Assembly: GCF_009834535.1 (NCBI RefSeq)
Contig: NC_045705.1
Span: forward strand, 37,510,001 to 37,574,000
Direction: 5' to 3'
Origin: Camelus ferus
Taxonomy: Eukaryota
DNA length: 64,000 bases
Both the position numbers and the translations under genes were made by a program. Shown here one piece after another: positions 36,176 to 49,660 of this stretch (position 1 is the first letter of the stretch; every line of letters begins with the position of its first letter). The notes beneath the pieces were generated by a model. It was not told where the DNA came from. It saw only the letters and a list, made by a program, of their open reading frames with translations, and did no database searches.

Positions 36176-38509
36176 AGCGTATCTTTTCTATCCAAGCACC
36201 CTTTGCTGTGTGAGACATTCAACAAATGCTGTTAAGGGAATGGGCATCAGGCACATAAAAGGTTGATGTTGTTTTTACGAACAAAATGGCTGTTTACAAA
36301 TATCACACAGCAGGTTCTCTGTTTTATGGACAAAAATAAATTCACTCTGAAGCTATAAAGGTCCCAGAGAAATGGGTTTGCTAATATCCATCCAATTTTA
36401 AATGATGAGGAACCCGTACCACCATCCCAGGGACTTGCACCTTCCTGGCCATGCCTTGAATATTCACACACGCTAGTCATATAATGCATCCGAGCCCGGG
36501 AGCTTCACTGGCCACAGTTCATTTACAGCACGTTAGCTAAACATCATTATTTTTTACAAAGTGCAGGTTTCTTTAGAAAACAAACAAAAGAAAGCTTTGC
36601 TTTTCATTTTTCCAAAAAAGGCATGTTTCAGGAGATTTCAAAAGAACAGAACAGAGATTGCAAGTAAAAAAAAAGTAATTCTTATAGTAAAGCACTTTTG
36701 AAACAATCATCCCAAACACAGTTTAATTTTAAAAAAAGAAGAAGAATCTAAAGCATAAACATTTGTTTTGGCCTATTTTAAGTGTTCTTTATTCTCCTTC
36801 ACTTGAAACACCCAATGACTCCATTTGAAAAGTGGGGTTGGCTTTCAAACGTATTATTGATATAATTAATTTACTAGGAGAAGGAGGGTCTCCCTGTTCT
36901 GCAAGGCATTTATAGGACTTCAGGTTTGAAATGGCAACGAAGCACACACTTCAGCCTCCCGTCTATAAGTGGCAACTTACTGACTACCAAAAAAATATTA
37001 TTACAAGAACAACAAAGAACAAAATCCTAACGAGCTGAAAAGGAAAGAAAAAAAGAACCTTTATTGATTTAAAATTTTAGAATTAATGGATAATAATGGA
37101 TAACTATGCAAATAACACTTAACAATAATTAAATGGATAATAATTAAATGGAATATAAACATCATACCATGACTTTTTAAAAATGAGTTGGAAGAAAGGA
37201 GTAAATGTTAACTTTTAAAAATTAAATCACCAAAAACTAGACTGTTATTTGAAGTTATAATGCTAATAATTAAAATAATAAATAAATACATGGAACAGTT
37301 TGTTTTTCATGTTACATTCATTTGTATTGTTTTAAAGGTTTAGTTCCATATGCACGTATTTCTGCTATACCTTACAGCATGAGCTAGCTAGCTTGATAAG
37401 CTTTGGTAATTACATAAAACTGCATGCTCTGTAATAGCTTAAAAAAGGATATACATCTATGTACAGAAAGATTTCCACATCATAATATGAAATAATAGAA
37501 ATTACTAACTAGGATATATACTATGATTGCAACTATGTCAAAAAGGAAGTTATCATTTAATATGCATAAAAAACAGTTGAATTAAGGGCAATAGCTATAA
37601 TGGGAAGAAGGGTTTACAGGGCCAGGAGCACAGTAGAGGGAAGACAGAAGCATCTCCACTTGGTTTACTGCCTTTGCTTCTGAGGTGATGCTGAGTGAGA
37701 GCTTCACCCTCTGTGGTAAGGGAACAAATGTGGCTCTCCTGAGTAAGGCATGCGTAAGAATTTTGAAAGCACTGGTGGGGCATACACAGTGCAGTTGTTT
37801 GGCTTGTGGGGTCCACTTCTCATATCCTAGTGTTCCCACCAGCAGTCCACTCTACAGTGGACCACACCTTCACTCAGCATCTTCTAGGACCAAGAGACGC
37901 TCACCTCTCCTTCATCCTTATCGAATCAAATGGTGGGAGTTCAGTGTGCCCACTGATGCTTTCTCTCTCTGCCCTGCCACGTCATTCTGGTTTCCTTTTC
38001 TACTTTTATACCCCCCACCAACCCCACCCTTGACCTACACATACACACATACATCCATCTCAGATGAGCAAACACACAGACTTAGTAGGAACCTATCCTG
38101 GAACTGGGATATCAGCGTGCTGGTTGTGGTTGTCCCCAGTCTCATGATTGAGTCTCTTACAGGCCAGTTCACTTGGATCTAGGGAGAGGAAATCCTCTAA
38201 TAGAAACCTTTATTTTGTACAGCTCCTCTCCCCAACAGAATCTTCCTTCAAAGTCCTTTTCTTATCATTGATAAAAGGAAATAACAATGTTTTGTAATAG
38301 AAATGGTTCTGCCCTGGCATCTCTCAAAAAGCTGGGATTGGTGGCCTCATCTACAGGTGACTCCTTGACTTTGGAATGTGGAATGCCTTTTGACTCAGCT
38401 CAGACCTGAGAGATCAAGACAGATCCCTGTCTGTACACCTGGTTACAATGAGAGATCAGTCCAGCAGCTATTACAGTGTTCTCATTAACAGACGATAAAA
38501 CTGAGTTAG

Positions 38510-38910
38510 GGCAATGACTATTAACATGGAGGTTGTAGGGGAAATTCTAGTGACATTTAGACCTAAGATAAGCAGGATGATGTGAATAATTCAAATGTAG
38601 GAGAGGGAGAATGAATGAGATAGAGAAAGGATCAAAAGAGTCTCCAAGGATATTGGCTTGAGTAGCTCCATAGATCACAACCCAGAAGGCAAATTTGGGA
38701 TGACTCATTGAGGGGAGCAAAGATTATGACCACACTCTGCGGGAAGTTTCAGTTTGACATACGTGTACCACACCCTGAAGAAAATGCTCATCAGATAGTT
38801 GGTCTGAAACTCAAGGTGAACAATCAGAGCTGGAGCCCTGTTTGGGAACTGCTGTATATACATTTGGTGAATAGGGCCACAGGGAAAGATGAAGAAAACT
38901 TGTTTTCAGA
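38510..38910 (-). mobile_element. LINE-2 fragment
   Basis: aaggatcaaaagagtctccaaggatattggcttgag...aagtttcagtttgacat. Confidence 0.6.
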
Positions 38911-41819
38911 GAAAGGAATAAAAAAGTCTCTGTTATTTGGCAGCAGAAAATTTTTAAAAGTAAAAGATTGAATAAAGGATGGAGTTTCTTTTTGAAGATT
39001 TAAACTCAAACCAGTGTGGCCAGTTATTCAAGGGTGCAGTACTCCCACCAGAAGAAATGAACTAGCTGGTAGATAAAGCTCTTGGAAGGCCAAATAACCG
39101 TTTTTGGCATTTTTCTAGAACAGCAAGGAAGGCAGGATGGTATGGAGAACATGAATCCTGACTTTAAATGAATAAAAACTTCCTATATTCTGTGTTTCAA
39201 ATGTTATTAAGAACAACTCTAACTTAGAACCTGTAAAATGCTATTTTCTTGCTCTCTGTAGTTGGATCATTGAACGAAATCCTGATCATACCAAGAGAAA
39301 CACAGTGACAGAGTTAAGCCATGGTTTTGTCCCAGTAAATGATTACAGGCAGGACATTTCATTAGAAAATGAGAACTGCATTGCCATCCGCACAGCAACC
39401 TCCAGGGCCAAAATAACTGGATGAGGCTTGTAATGTCTCAGGCATAATCTTTTCATGGTTGAAAAAGCTGATATCATCACACGCCTTTAATCCATAGATC
39501 AATAAATTATTATCTTGTCGTACTGCATCACCAGGGATGCACAGAATATAAATTGATTTTATGATTACTCAGTTTAGTCATTATAAAATATCGAACACAG
39601 GTACTTTGTGATTCTTTTTGCTAATTCAGATGATCTCCTGATTGTTTTATGGGGTGTAGAGAATCAATCAATAAGCATCTGTTTGCCAACATTTTCCCCA
39701 CTCCCTCCTTCATCCTGCCCTCCATAGCCCTCTGGATATTAACTCGAATTGTACAATAATCACAGAGGGACAGATAGAGGAATCAAAGATAAGAGGTTCA
39801 CAAATTAGTTGGGAAACGAGATTAAAATATGTAAAGAAGAGGAGGTTTGGGTATCAGATACTACAACTCATACTGTAAATGTGCTGGGGAAGTTGTTCAG
39901 GAAATCAAGTGAGCAATAGGGGTCTAGGAAATAATGACCTTCCTGGAGCCCGAGCTACATTTTGAAGGGTGGACATTATTTGATTAGTCAGAGTGGAGTA
40001 GAAAGACAACCTCTGGCTTAGAGAAAATAGGATGAATTCTGTTTCAGGAATTCGAGGAGGACGAGTGCCTTATTTTGTGTGTGGCTGATCATTAAGGAAG
40101 ATGATTCTACCCGATGAGGAAGTTCCTAATTATTGATTATTTGTATACTCTTTGAGAGTGTGCTCTTAGCTTTGCCTCATTGGTTTCTCAGAATTTATTG
40201 GAAGGCTCTTTTGATTTACTACCCCATACTTACTTGTTGCACCATCTTATCTACTCCCACAACTTCAACTACTATCTTTATCCTTATTATTTCCCAAATT
40301 CATACCACAAAGATGGACTTGCTGTGATATTTCAGACTCACATTTTCAACTGCCTATCTATACATAGATACTCCATTCTACCTCTTAGTCAGTTGTATAA
40401 ATGTAACTCATTATTTTCTCCTCCACTATCTTGTTCTCCACAAATCTATAAATGATCTTATCACCCACCCAAATGTCTAAGTGAATAACCTGAAAGTGAT
40501 TCTTACCCACTTCAGCTTCTTCACATTTCATATCCAATTACCTTGTCCTAATAATTACATCTCTTAATTAGCTCCAGCTTTTTACCACTCTTCCATTTCC
40601 ACACACCGTAACCTATTGAGCTTACAATCTAGTGGGAATCTATAGTTATAGCATGTTATTTATTATACGAAAGAAAAAAAAACAACCTTTTTCAGAGAAC
40701 CAAAATATAGATAAGACAGCTATTTGTGTTTTATTTTTCACTCTGGGATGGGTATGAAAATGATGATGCTGATAATTATTGCTATTTATACAATAACAAT
40801 CATTATTAATGATAACTACAATTAATTCAGTGGTAAAGACTGTGTTGTGTTCCAAATATATCATGTGTATGTTTGCAAAGTAAAAAGTAGCGGTGGGAAT
40901 GAGTGAGAAGGGATTGAGGCAGGAGACCTTTAAGCAAAAATTCTCCAGCCTTGATTAACAACTAGAAAGATGAAGAGAAAATAATTTAGATACATTTTTG
41001 AAGAATTCAACCCATCCTATGATAACGAGCTGGTAGAACTACAACTATTTAGTCTGAAGGCAGATGAGTCCCTTTATCTCAGAAATGCAGTCCGGAAACA
41101 GTGGAATGATTCTAAGATCAAAGGAGACACATTTTCACCATAAGGAAAGGCTTTTTATGGTCAAAGCTATCTAAAAATGCAACAGCTGCCTTAGGCTCTA
41201 GTTCTCTCCCTCTGGAGGACATTATCCAGAAGCTGGGCAATCGCAAAGCTAGAAGACACTCAGGGGATTCAAGCATGGATGGGTAGACCTTGAAGATCAT
41301 CCAGTCCAACTCAGCTGTCTCTGACAAACATGCCCCAGAGGTTCTCACTTTCTTACTTTATGAGGCTTTTAACAATTTTGAACCTTGTGTGAATAAATAG
41401 GACTCAAGGTCTCTCCAAATCACATAGAAGCTGCACTCAAGTACAAATCTCTATCCTGCTGAGATGTGGGGAGGACCATTCACAACTGGATGCTTCAAGG
41501 ATAAACTCGTATTTTTTTTATGGTGCTAATTGGTCACCTGTTGATATCTCTTCCCAAAACACAATTTAATAACAGCCCAACTTACTATTCTCACAACTGA
41601 AGAAGATTTTTTGTATGTGAGTGTTTGCAGGAGAATACAAGGCTGGTAAGAACCAGCACTCTCCATTTCAGTAGAGTGAACCGGCAAGCAGCTGAACCAG
41701 ACTGTGACTCATTTGATAGCATCCACCCTGAAAAGATCAACTCATCTCCTCCTCTGGGGTAATTTCAAGGTTTCATAAACCATGTATGGACATAAAAAAT
41801 AAGTAGGACACAACATAAT

Positions 41820-42540
41820 TAGACATTCACTTAAAAAAAGACTTACTGAGCATCTACCATGCACTAGCAAACCTGAGATTGAATAGACAAATAAGGCATA
41901 GCCACTTCAGAGAATCTTACAGCAACCTGAGCCTAATAGACACGTGTAAAATTCAGGTGCAGCCCGACGTTGTAGAATGCATAGGCTTACACAGATCTAG
42001 GAGAAATGATTAACTCTATCTGAAGAAACTAAGAAAGATTTCACAGAGATTACATTTCAACTGGGCTTTACAAAAAATTCATTTATTCATTCATACATTC
42101 ATTTATTTATTCATTCATTGATCAATATTTTCATTCAGCATTCTCTCTACTCCAGGCATGTCCTTGGCCAAGGAAGATAAAGACTTTAAAAAATAGTCTT
42201 GATTCTGAAGAAGATTACAGAAATAAAAAGAAAATTCAAATACCAAACAAATGCTCTAATGATGCAGAAGAGAAAGATAGGCCATAGTAAAGGGAGACAC
42301 ATGAGCTTCAGAGGAAAAAATTGATATTTGGTTCCAAGCGATAAAGGACCAGTGTGGGTGTTTACCAGGTCTGAGGAATGGGAAGTATTAAGGGAAAGGA
42401 TGTTCTTTATCTGGATAAGAACATGCAGTTTGGGAAGATGACATAAAAGGATAAGGGCCAGGTGTGGTGAGGGAGAACGAAAGATGAGTTAGAAAGGAAC
42501 TTTTGGCCTAATTCCAAAGGATGTCATGTCAAGGACTTTG
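41820..42540 (-). mobile_element. Two LINE-2 3' fragments with (TTCA)n tail at about 42077-42118
   Basis: ttactgagcatctaccatgcac and ttcatttattcattcat tails; purine-rich body. Confidence 0.6.
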
Positions 42541-43659
42541 AATGGAAAGGGATGGCATAAGCAGTTTTTGTTTGTTCTTCTGTCTTTTGCTTTTCAGATA
42601 GACATGGTGGCAGTTTGGAGAATGGATTGAGTTTCACAGTGAGGAATAAACTAAAGGAAGATTTTCTGGTACCCATATGTGGACCATTTAGGACCAAGTA
42701 TCTCTTCTCTATTTGAGTCACACTGTTCGACCCTGCATCATGGGAACTGATAGCTTTAGATCAAAGTTATAGAACTTGCAAACTCAGAAAAAGAAACAGA
42801 ATAACATAAGTAAGATTTCTTTTAAATTCATAGTATATTGAAAGGAAAAATGTTTTCAAAAGTATTAGCAGCAAATTCCAAACAATCAATAAGTGTACTA
42901 ATTAGACAGGTATGATCTGTATATCCAAGTATCAAATCTGGCCATTTTCTGACCCATTGAAATCTAGGTTTTTTAGACATAATAAAAATCAATTTCCTTA
43001 ACAAGACACTTGCTACTTAAGACCTTTGTGATTTCTTATTTTCCCTTTAATTCTAATGACTGAGAATAATATGTAATAATGGCTAAAGATGCACTCATGT
43101 GGAAAGAAAGCCATGAGTTTATTAGAAGATTGATACTGACCGGCTGCTCAGGTTCATGGACAAAATTAACTAATGTATCATGGAAAAACCTTAGACCTTT
43201 AAGGAAAAAAAAAAACATAGTAAACATGGGATACTTTAGATAAACATGAGCTATTTTAGATAAACAGAAAACAGAGTAATTCTCAAAATTATCGGATTAT
43301 TAGAAATAATGTCAAAGCTCATTAGAGGTTTTGATAAAGACAAGCACACAGAATAAACTGATGCAATGCACCTATGATACAGAACATACAGGCAAAATTG
43401 GTGCCATGCAGTGATATAACTCAGAGATTTTTTCAGAATGATATCATATCAAGGGTTTGAATAAGAAACTTAGGTTCAAATATAATTTCTGATCTGATCA
43501 TTTTTAATGTGGAAATCAGTATGAAGTAGAAAGAATCCCCATTTTGCAAATGAAAAAAAAAAACAAACCCTGAAGCTCAGATACAAGATTAGCATGCTCA
43601 AGGTCAAGATCACAGAGCTCATTAAAATCTACACTTAAAAAAATGTTGTTCTTTCTATA

Positions 43660-43980
43660 TGTCAGGTGCTGACATTAGTGCTTTATAATTATATAATCTT
43701 TATAACAACANNNNNNNNNNNNNNNNNNNNNNNNNNNNNNNNNNNNNNNNNNNNNNNNNNNNNNNNNNNNNNNNNNNNNNNNNNNNNNNNNNNNNNNNNN
43801 NNNNNNNNNNNNNNNNNNNNNNNNNNNNNNNNNNNNNNNNNNNCTCTTGTTATGCTCCTTTTTTCTAATGAGAAAATTGTGGCACAGGGAGAGTTCAATG
43901 ACCTCCCAATACTACATGACTAGTAGATGACAAAGCAAAGACTGGCACACAGTCTGATCCCAGGGACAGTCACACCCACA
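43660..43980 (-). mobile_element. MIR interrupted by an N-run
   Basis: gtcaggtgctg...gtgctttata / aatgagaaaattgtggcacagggagag. Confidence 0.6.
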
Positions 43981-44474
43981 AGCAACCATGCATCAGTGTC
44001 CCAGTAGTTTTTAACATCTGCACATAAAGTCTCTGGGATTGCCAGAATCTTTTAAACCAATTTTCAAATAATGATGAGAATAGAAATCCTCACTGATGTT
44101 CTTTAAAAATTCATGTGATTTTTTTTTAATACTACTTTCCTCTGTCAGCAAGACTTCCCTAGATTATATTGCACTGCTGTTGTGCTAGTTTGTTTGTCAT
44201 AACACATTTTTTATTTTAAGTTGCTTTTACTCTACAAACTCCCATATCTTCTCTGGAGGGTTCATCTCTTCTCTTCATGAAGGTTCCTCACTCAAGTCTT
44301 GTCTTCAACTTGAAACCAAATATAACAAGGTTCTCTTGGAACTTATCAGACCACCTTCCAAGTAAAATCTTGGGTGTTATGTTACTGCCTAGATTTCAGG
44401 TATAGAAGGATTTACATAAAATGGGATGGTGCGAGGTGGAGGTTCATTATTAGAGCAGGGCTGGGCTTGGTGGT

Positions 44475-44670
44475 AGAGTTGAAAGTTGACTGGGATGACT
44501 AGATATTTGGCTGAAAGACCAGCTTTATCACTCATGTATTTAACCACAAGTGAGTTACTTTACTTCCACGAGATTCAAAAGCTTCATCTATAAAAGAAAG
44601 GTTACATAATTCTACTTCATGCAATGTTATGAAGATTAGAGATAATACACAACAGATATCTACCAAGGCC
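44475..44670 (+). mobile_element. MIR
   Basis: agtgagttactttac...cttcatctataaaa...atgttatgaagattag. Confidence 0.6.
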
Positions 44671-44799
44671 AACAGCAACAACGGCAGGGCCTTTTGGTCT
44701 CTGGTGTTTGGTTAATAGAATTCAGAGTGCTTATTTAACTTGCATAGAAAAAAAATACATATTTATTTTTACTATTACCAACAGAAATTTAGCATTTTT

Positions 44800-45180
44800 T
44801 CAGTTACAAATATAGGTGATATAGGAAACAAGCAATACTCTTAGCAGTGCCTGCAACTTTGTTACTAACAGAAATCATAACAGATATTTTCATATCACAT
44901 TACAGGCATTGCAGATATATTAAAATATGTTGCAATCTTCACTATTTTGAAATTACGGTACAACTGTTATATTTTGCTATTGAATGAGCTTAAAAGGAAA
45001 AACACAGTTCTATATTTATAACTTTTTAACAAAAGATTTGGGCAGATGTACCAGAATGTATATCAACTGATATGTGCATTTTATTTTATGAATTTGAAGA
45101 CATTTACACAATTCTTCTGAGAGCCTATGAACTTCTCAAGATTGCCAGAGGGGTGCCTGATACATAAAGGGTTAAGGATT
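44800..45180. mobile_element. hAT-Charlie DNA transposon relic
   Basis: gcattttattttatg...cctatgaacttctcaagattgccagaggggtgcc...aaagggttaagga resembles a Charlie-family end. Confidence 0.55.
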
Positions 45181-45679
45181 CAAGTTTTTGTTGTTTTTTC
45201 ACAGTCTGTTAAGTACCTAGAAATCTTAGCTCCTAACAGCTGATCATTGCAGACTTTGGAACCTGGCTGAGAGTGTGAGCAGAAGAGAAGCAGGAAGGTT
45301 TCACAGCACTAGGGGAGCTCTGGATGTTTGATGCTAGAAATTTAAGACGAAGTTGGAATTGTTTACTTCACACCTGTTCTTATTATCTCAGTGCCAAGAA
45401 TCAGACAAACCTGCCAATCGTCAGACAGGTTTTCCTCATATTCAGTACTCAACCGAGTCAAGCTGCTAACTCCATGAGTTCATGATTCAACATGAACCTT
45501 TCCTTTGTTCTTATCACATGTCCTATGATTTAGAGGGGGATACTTAGCATTATGTAAGCTTACTTTTCCCTCATCTCCCACACAATCACACGATGAAGCA
45601 CCTTCAACTTAAGTCAGGAGAATCAGAAGGCATTATCCTAACAAGACACCACCTATCATAGTGAATAGCAGATGAGATC

Positions 45680-45850
45680 AGACATATCAGACAGCTCTGA
45701 GTATAATTCTCGGCTCCGCCATTTACTGGGTGAATGCCTAAGGAAGCTGCCTGAACCTCGGAGCCTCGGTTTACTCATCTGCAAAGTGAGAATATCAGTA
45801 TCCATTTCACAGGGCAAAGAGTGAATAGACAACACTCAGTGATTGTTATT
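45680..45850 (+). mobile_element. MIR
   Basis: ctcggctccgccatttact...gaacctcggagcctcggtttactcatctgcaaagtgagaata. Confidence 0.8.
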
Positions 45851-47095
45851 TCAAGTGTCCCTTTAAATTTGAGATAGGGTACTATCTCAAGCACAGTTAA
45901 GGTTTAATTCCAAATCCAATTATGTTATTTTTGGATAATCCATTTTTTATTTTTCCTTCAGGTTTGTTTTCTTTTCCAAAATTCTTCCTTTCTGATCACC
46001 TCCTGGTTTAATGACTCTATGAAGTTTTCCCTTTAAACAATGTTGGGAAAAGCCAATGCACTTTAGAATTAGTAAGCCTCAAATTTCAAAATCAATGTTT
46101 GCTGGTTTTATCACTTTGGATATTCATTTACCTTCTTTGAATCTCTGTTTTCATATTAGTAAAAGAGTTTTTAAAATGCACAAGCAATGCAGTTGTTATG
46201 AGGGTTAATTCATATATGTTAAAGGACCTGGCATGTAGGAATTTTTAAAATCTAATTTTTTGGTTTGAGAGTAACATTTATCAGGAGCCAGTTTTATGTA
46301 TGAGAGGAGGAGAAATGGGTGATTGTTTAGATTGGTTTTTCTCTGATAAAAGATACAGAGAGAGATAATATGATATATTGCATAAAAAAGAGTCTGTGAT
46401 GAAACTCTCAAAGGCTATACTAAGTTATTCAAAGTATTATATGGTTTCATATATATGTGTGTACATATATACACACATACAATCTCAGGGAATTTTGTGG
46501 GCATTGTGGAGTCCAAAAAAAGGATAAAATACATTATATGTATATTATGGATACTATATTATGCTATATATGTATATTCCTAACCTAATATACTGTTTTA
46601 ATCCTAAACTTATTTTAATAGAAAGCACTTTAGCGTGGAATTTTTGGAATGATCCTAACTTCTGGAGACATGTTTTACACACAGCAATGTAATTGTGGAG
46701 AAGGGCTTCAAATCTAAAGAGGGCAGAGAAAGACAAATACATAGGTCAACTGGAGCATTATTTGACAAGAGGGTCAAATGTTTGATCTAATTAGATGTTT
46801 AGGAAATTACAAGGGAGAGAAAACTTCCTGTTGGGGTGTGCACTAGCCAGAAGAAACATACAGTGATATCAGGCCTGACTACAAATTTTGACTTATGAAG
46901 AAACAAAGGAAACACTCCCCAAAAAGTAGGCAGGAAGAAAAGGTGATGTCAGCTTCATGAAATTTTCAATATTAGATGCCCTATCACTATATTTTTTAAA
47001 TGCCTAAAAGGATGTTTAAGGTTGACTAAATTCCTGTATTTATTAGAGTGGTCAACCAGCCTTCCAGCCAATAGAAGAGTATTGGCTTCCATTAC

Positions 47096-47203
47096 CATGA
47101 AGACTGCACCGTTATGGTTCCCATAATGACGGATAATCACGAGTGATCTGATTGTCACTGCTGGCTGGGGAAGAGAGGAACGAATTTTCTTATTACTATG
47201 ACA
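47096..47203 (-). other. Candidate 108-nt exon
   Basis: Acceptor actttttcttcctttacag; donor ATG/GTAATG; frame 0 open; several retained CpGs. Confidence 0.35.
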
Positions 47204-48096
47204 CTGTAAAGGAAGAAAAAGTTCCAAAAAACTACCAGGTTGAACTATGTTTGAAGTATGGCAATTATCAATTATTCCCTCTAGATTCTGTGCCCCATTC
47301 AAAGTCTAACAAAAGCAAACTCCATTCTCCGTGTGACTAATACAACCGAGAATGAATCTGCTCTGCCTAGTCTCAACAGCAGATCAGGCTCATACCTAGG
47401 AGGCTTGCGGTACAAGTTTCCCTTGATCTCACCTGGGGTTTGTGAAAACGTCATTTTACAGAAGGAAAACAGACTCACAGAAGATAAATTACTAACCTAA
47501 GGTTAAAAAACTACTGAAACTAAACTCAAATTGTATCTGTAGGCACTGAAACCTGTCTTCTTCCTTCCTTTACAGCAGTGCCTGGGCAGGGAGGATATGT
47601 TGTGACCTCCTAATATATGCATGAGAAATTTCTTATATTCATTTCATAGATTCTTGCCTCATTTTCTTCTTGTTTACTGTCTCTTCTCTAACTTTTTTAG
47701 TTCGGCTGCTTACATGAGGTCCTCTATAAAATAGTCTTCACATAAGGAAAATAGTTGATTTAATGCTTAGGCTATTTCTGTGGGACCAAGAAAAATATTT
47801 TTGCCATTAATATTTAATACTTTGTACAGTCAAAAACAGGATTCAGCTTGGTAATGAGACCCTAGGACAATGTTCCAGGGGGAGCAAGCCCAAAAAGTCT
47901 TTGCCCTAGTTTGCACCTGATTAACTACTCCAGTAACAAGCGCAGAGTGCAATTAAGTTTAAGTACCTCCTTAGGTGCTTTGCAAAAGCCAGTTCTGGTG
48001 TAGTTAAACCCATACACGCAGGGAGGGGTAAATTGAACCATGTGAATATATTGTCTCTTTTTTTTATAAAGCTGATCTGCCCCTGCTGTTTCTTAC

Positions 48097-48135
48097 CCAC
48101 CTGAAGTCATACACTTGCAATACCCCAAGCGTTCG
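48097..48135 (-). other. Candidate 35/39-nt exon with tandem donors
   Basis: Acceptor cttcttattttctccttttctctattaatcatactttatacag; donors CAG/GTGGGT and TGG/GTAAGA. Confidence 0.4.
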
Positions 48136-48664
48136 CTGTATAAAGTATGATTAATAGAGAAAAGGAGAAAATAAGAAGTGCAAACATGACTTTTTTCCCC
48201 ACACAGGTGTTACTAGCAACTGAGGAGGAGATGAGGATGTGACTCATTTTCTTTAATGGTGTATTTCCTCAGACAGGCTCTGTATTTTAAATGAAACCAA
48301 AACCTTAGGATTTTCCCTCTGTAGATTATGGGTAATTCCCGATGCCCCATAAGAGCTCGTAAAAGACACTTTGGCAATCAGCAACCCACCTGACAATTTG
48401 CTAGAAGGAACCTCGACTATTTAGTTTTTTTTAAATCACATTCTACATATGATGGTCATTTTAATAGAGAGTGTGATTCAAAGCATTTGCCTCAAGTCAC
48501 TAATTATTCCAATCCAGAGTAGACTCCCCAAAGTCCCCAGAGAGTTTATGACGATTTAAGTATATGGATCAGTCAGTGTATCAACTTCTGGCTTTATCTT
48601 CAGTTTGCCAATGTTCGATTATTTCAGTGGATATTTTACTTGTCTGGACAACCTTTCTTGCAAT

Positions 48665-49660
48665 ATTCATTCATTCAGAATATTTATTAAATTCCTACTG
48701 TGTGTGAAGCATTATACTTGGGCAATATAGATGGAAGAAAACATTTCACTTTACAAGAACCTTAATCTCTAGAAGCAAGGGCATTAAATGCAATCCAGTG
48801 CTGAGGTGATTGAGAGATAGGGAACAGTGTGACAGAAGAGGGAGGCAGGGTGGTGGGGAGGTTCATTTCCATCTGAGCAGAGGGAGCTGAAAAAGGCATC
48901 TCAGAGAAGGAGAATAAACTTTTAAGCTGAATGTTGAAGATGGCTATCTGTTCAAGACAAATGGTAAAGAGGAGAGCATATGAGGGTTCTTTCTAGACAA
49001 AGGCAATAAATAAATCAGAGGTATAAAGATGGAAATTTACTTGGATTATTTAAAGAAATAGGGCTGGGTATCTAGCTAGAAATAACAATAGCTAATGCAC
49101 TTATCTGTGCATTCCAGGCACAATTCTAAGCACTTTATATGTATTAACCCATTGAAAATTCACATACTTATGATGGAGATATTACTATTATCCTCATTTC
49201 TACGGATAAGCCAATTGAAGTTTGGGTGACATGGCCAAGGTCACACAGTTAGGAAGAAAAAGTAAGAAAAAGAAGTAGAATTCAAGCCAGTTTGTCTTAT
49301 TTCAGAGCAGTGTTCTCTACCCTGATGCTGTGTATTGAGGAAGAGGCTTACAAGTCATGTCAACATAATCCCATTTGTGGTTTTAATCAGAAAGTTGCCA
49401 CCATCCAGTTTTCATTTAAAGGAACTATCACCAAGACTGCAATATAGCACATGAAACACTATTCAAGAAAAGGTTATTTCAGTAGTCCAGACAAGAGCTG
49501 ATAAGATCTCTAATTATAATAATGGTAGGAAGAATGGAGCGGGACAGATCTGAGTGGTGGTAAAGGAATCAGACTGAGGGTAGGTTGTAGAGAATGAGGG
49601 TAAAAGAGAAATGGAAGGTGGCACAAAGTTTCTGTCACGGTTCACTAAGCATCAATGAAT
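48665..49660 (-). mobile_element. LINE-2 split by a MIR
   Basis: ttcattcattcagaatatttatt tail; L2 body resumes after 49330. Confidence 0.65.
49081..49330 (-). mobile_element. MIR, near full length
   Basis: aataacaatagctaa...ccaggcacaattctaagcactttatatgtattaa...ccaaggtcacacag. Confidence 0.85.

Noticed and set aside
37685-38182. 165-aa ORF, the longest without Ns
   Set aside because: No recognisable domain, overlapping ORFs on both strands, LTR-like GC-richer context; consistent with chance
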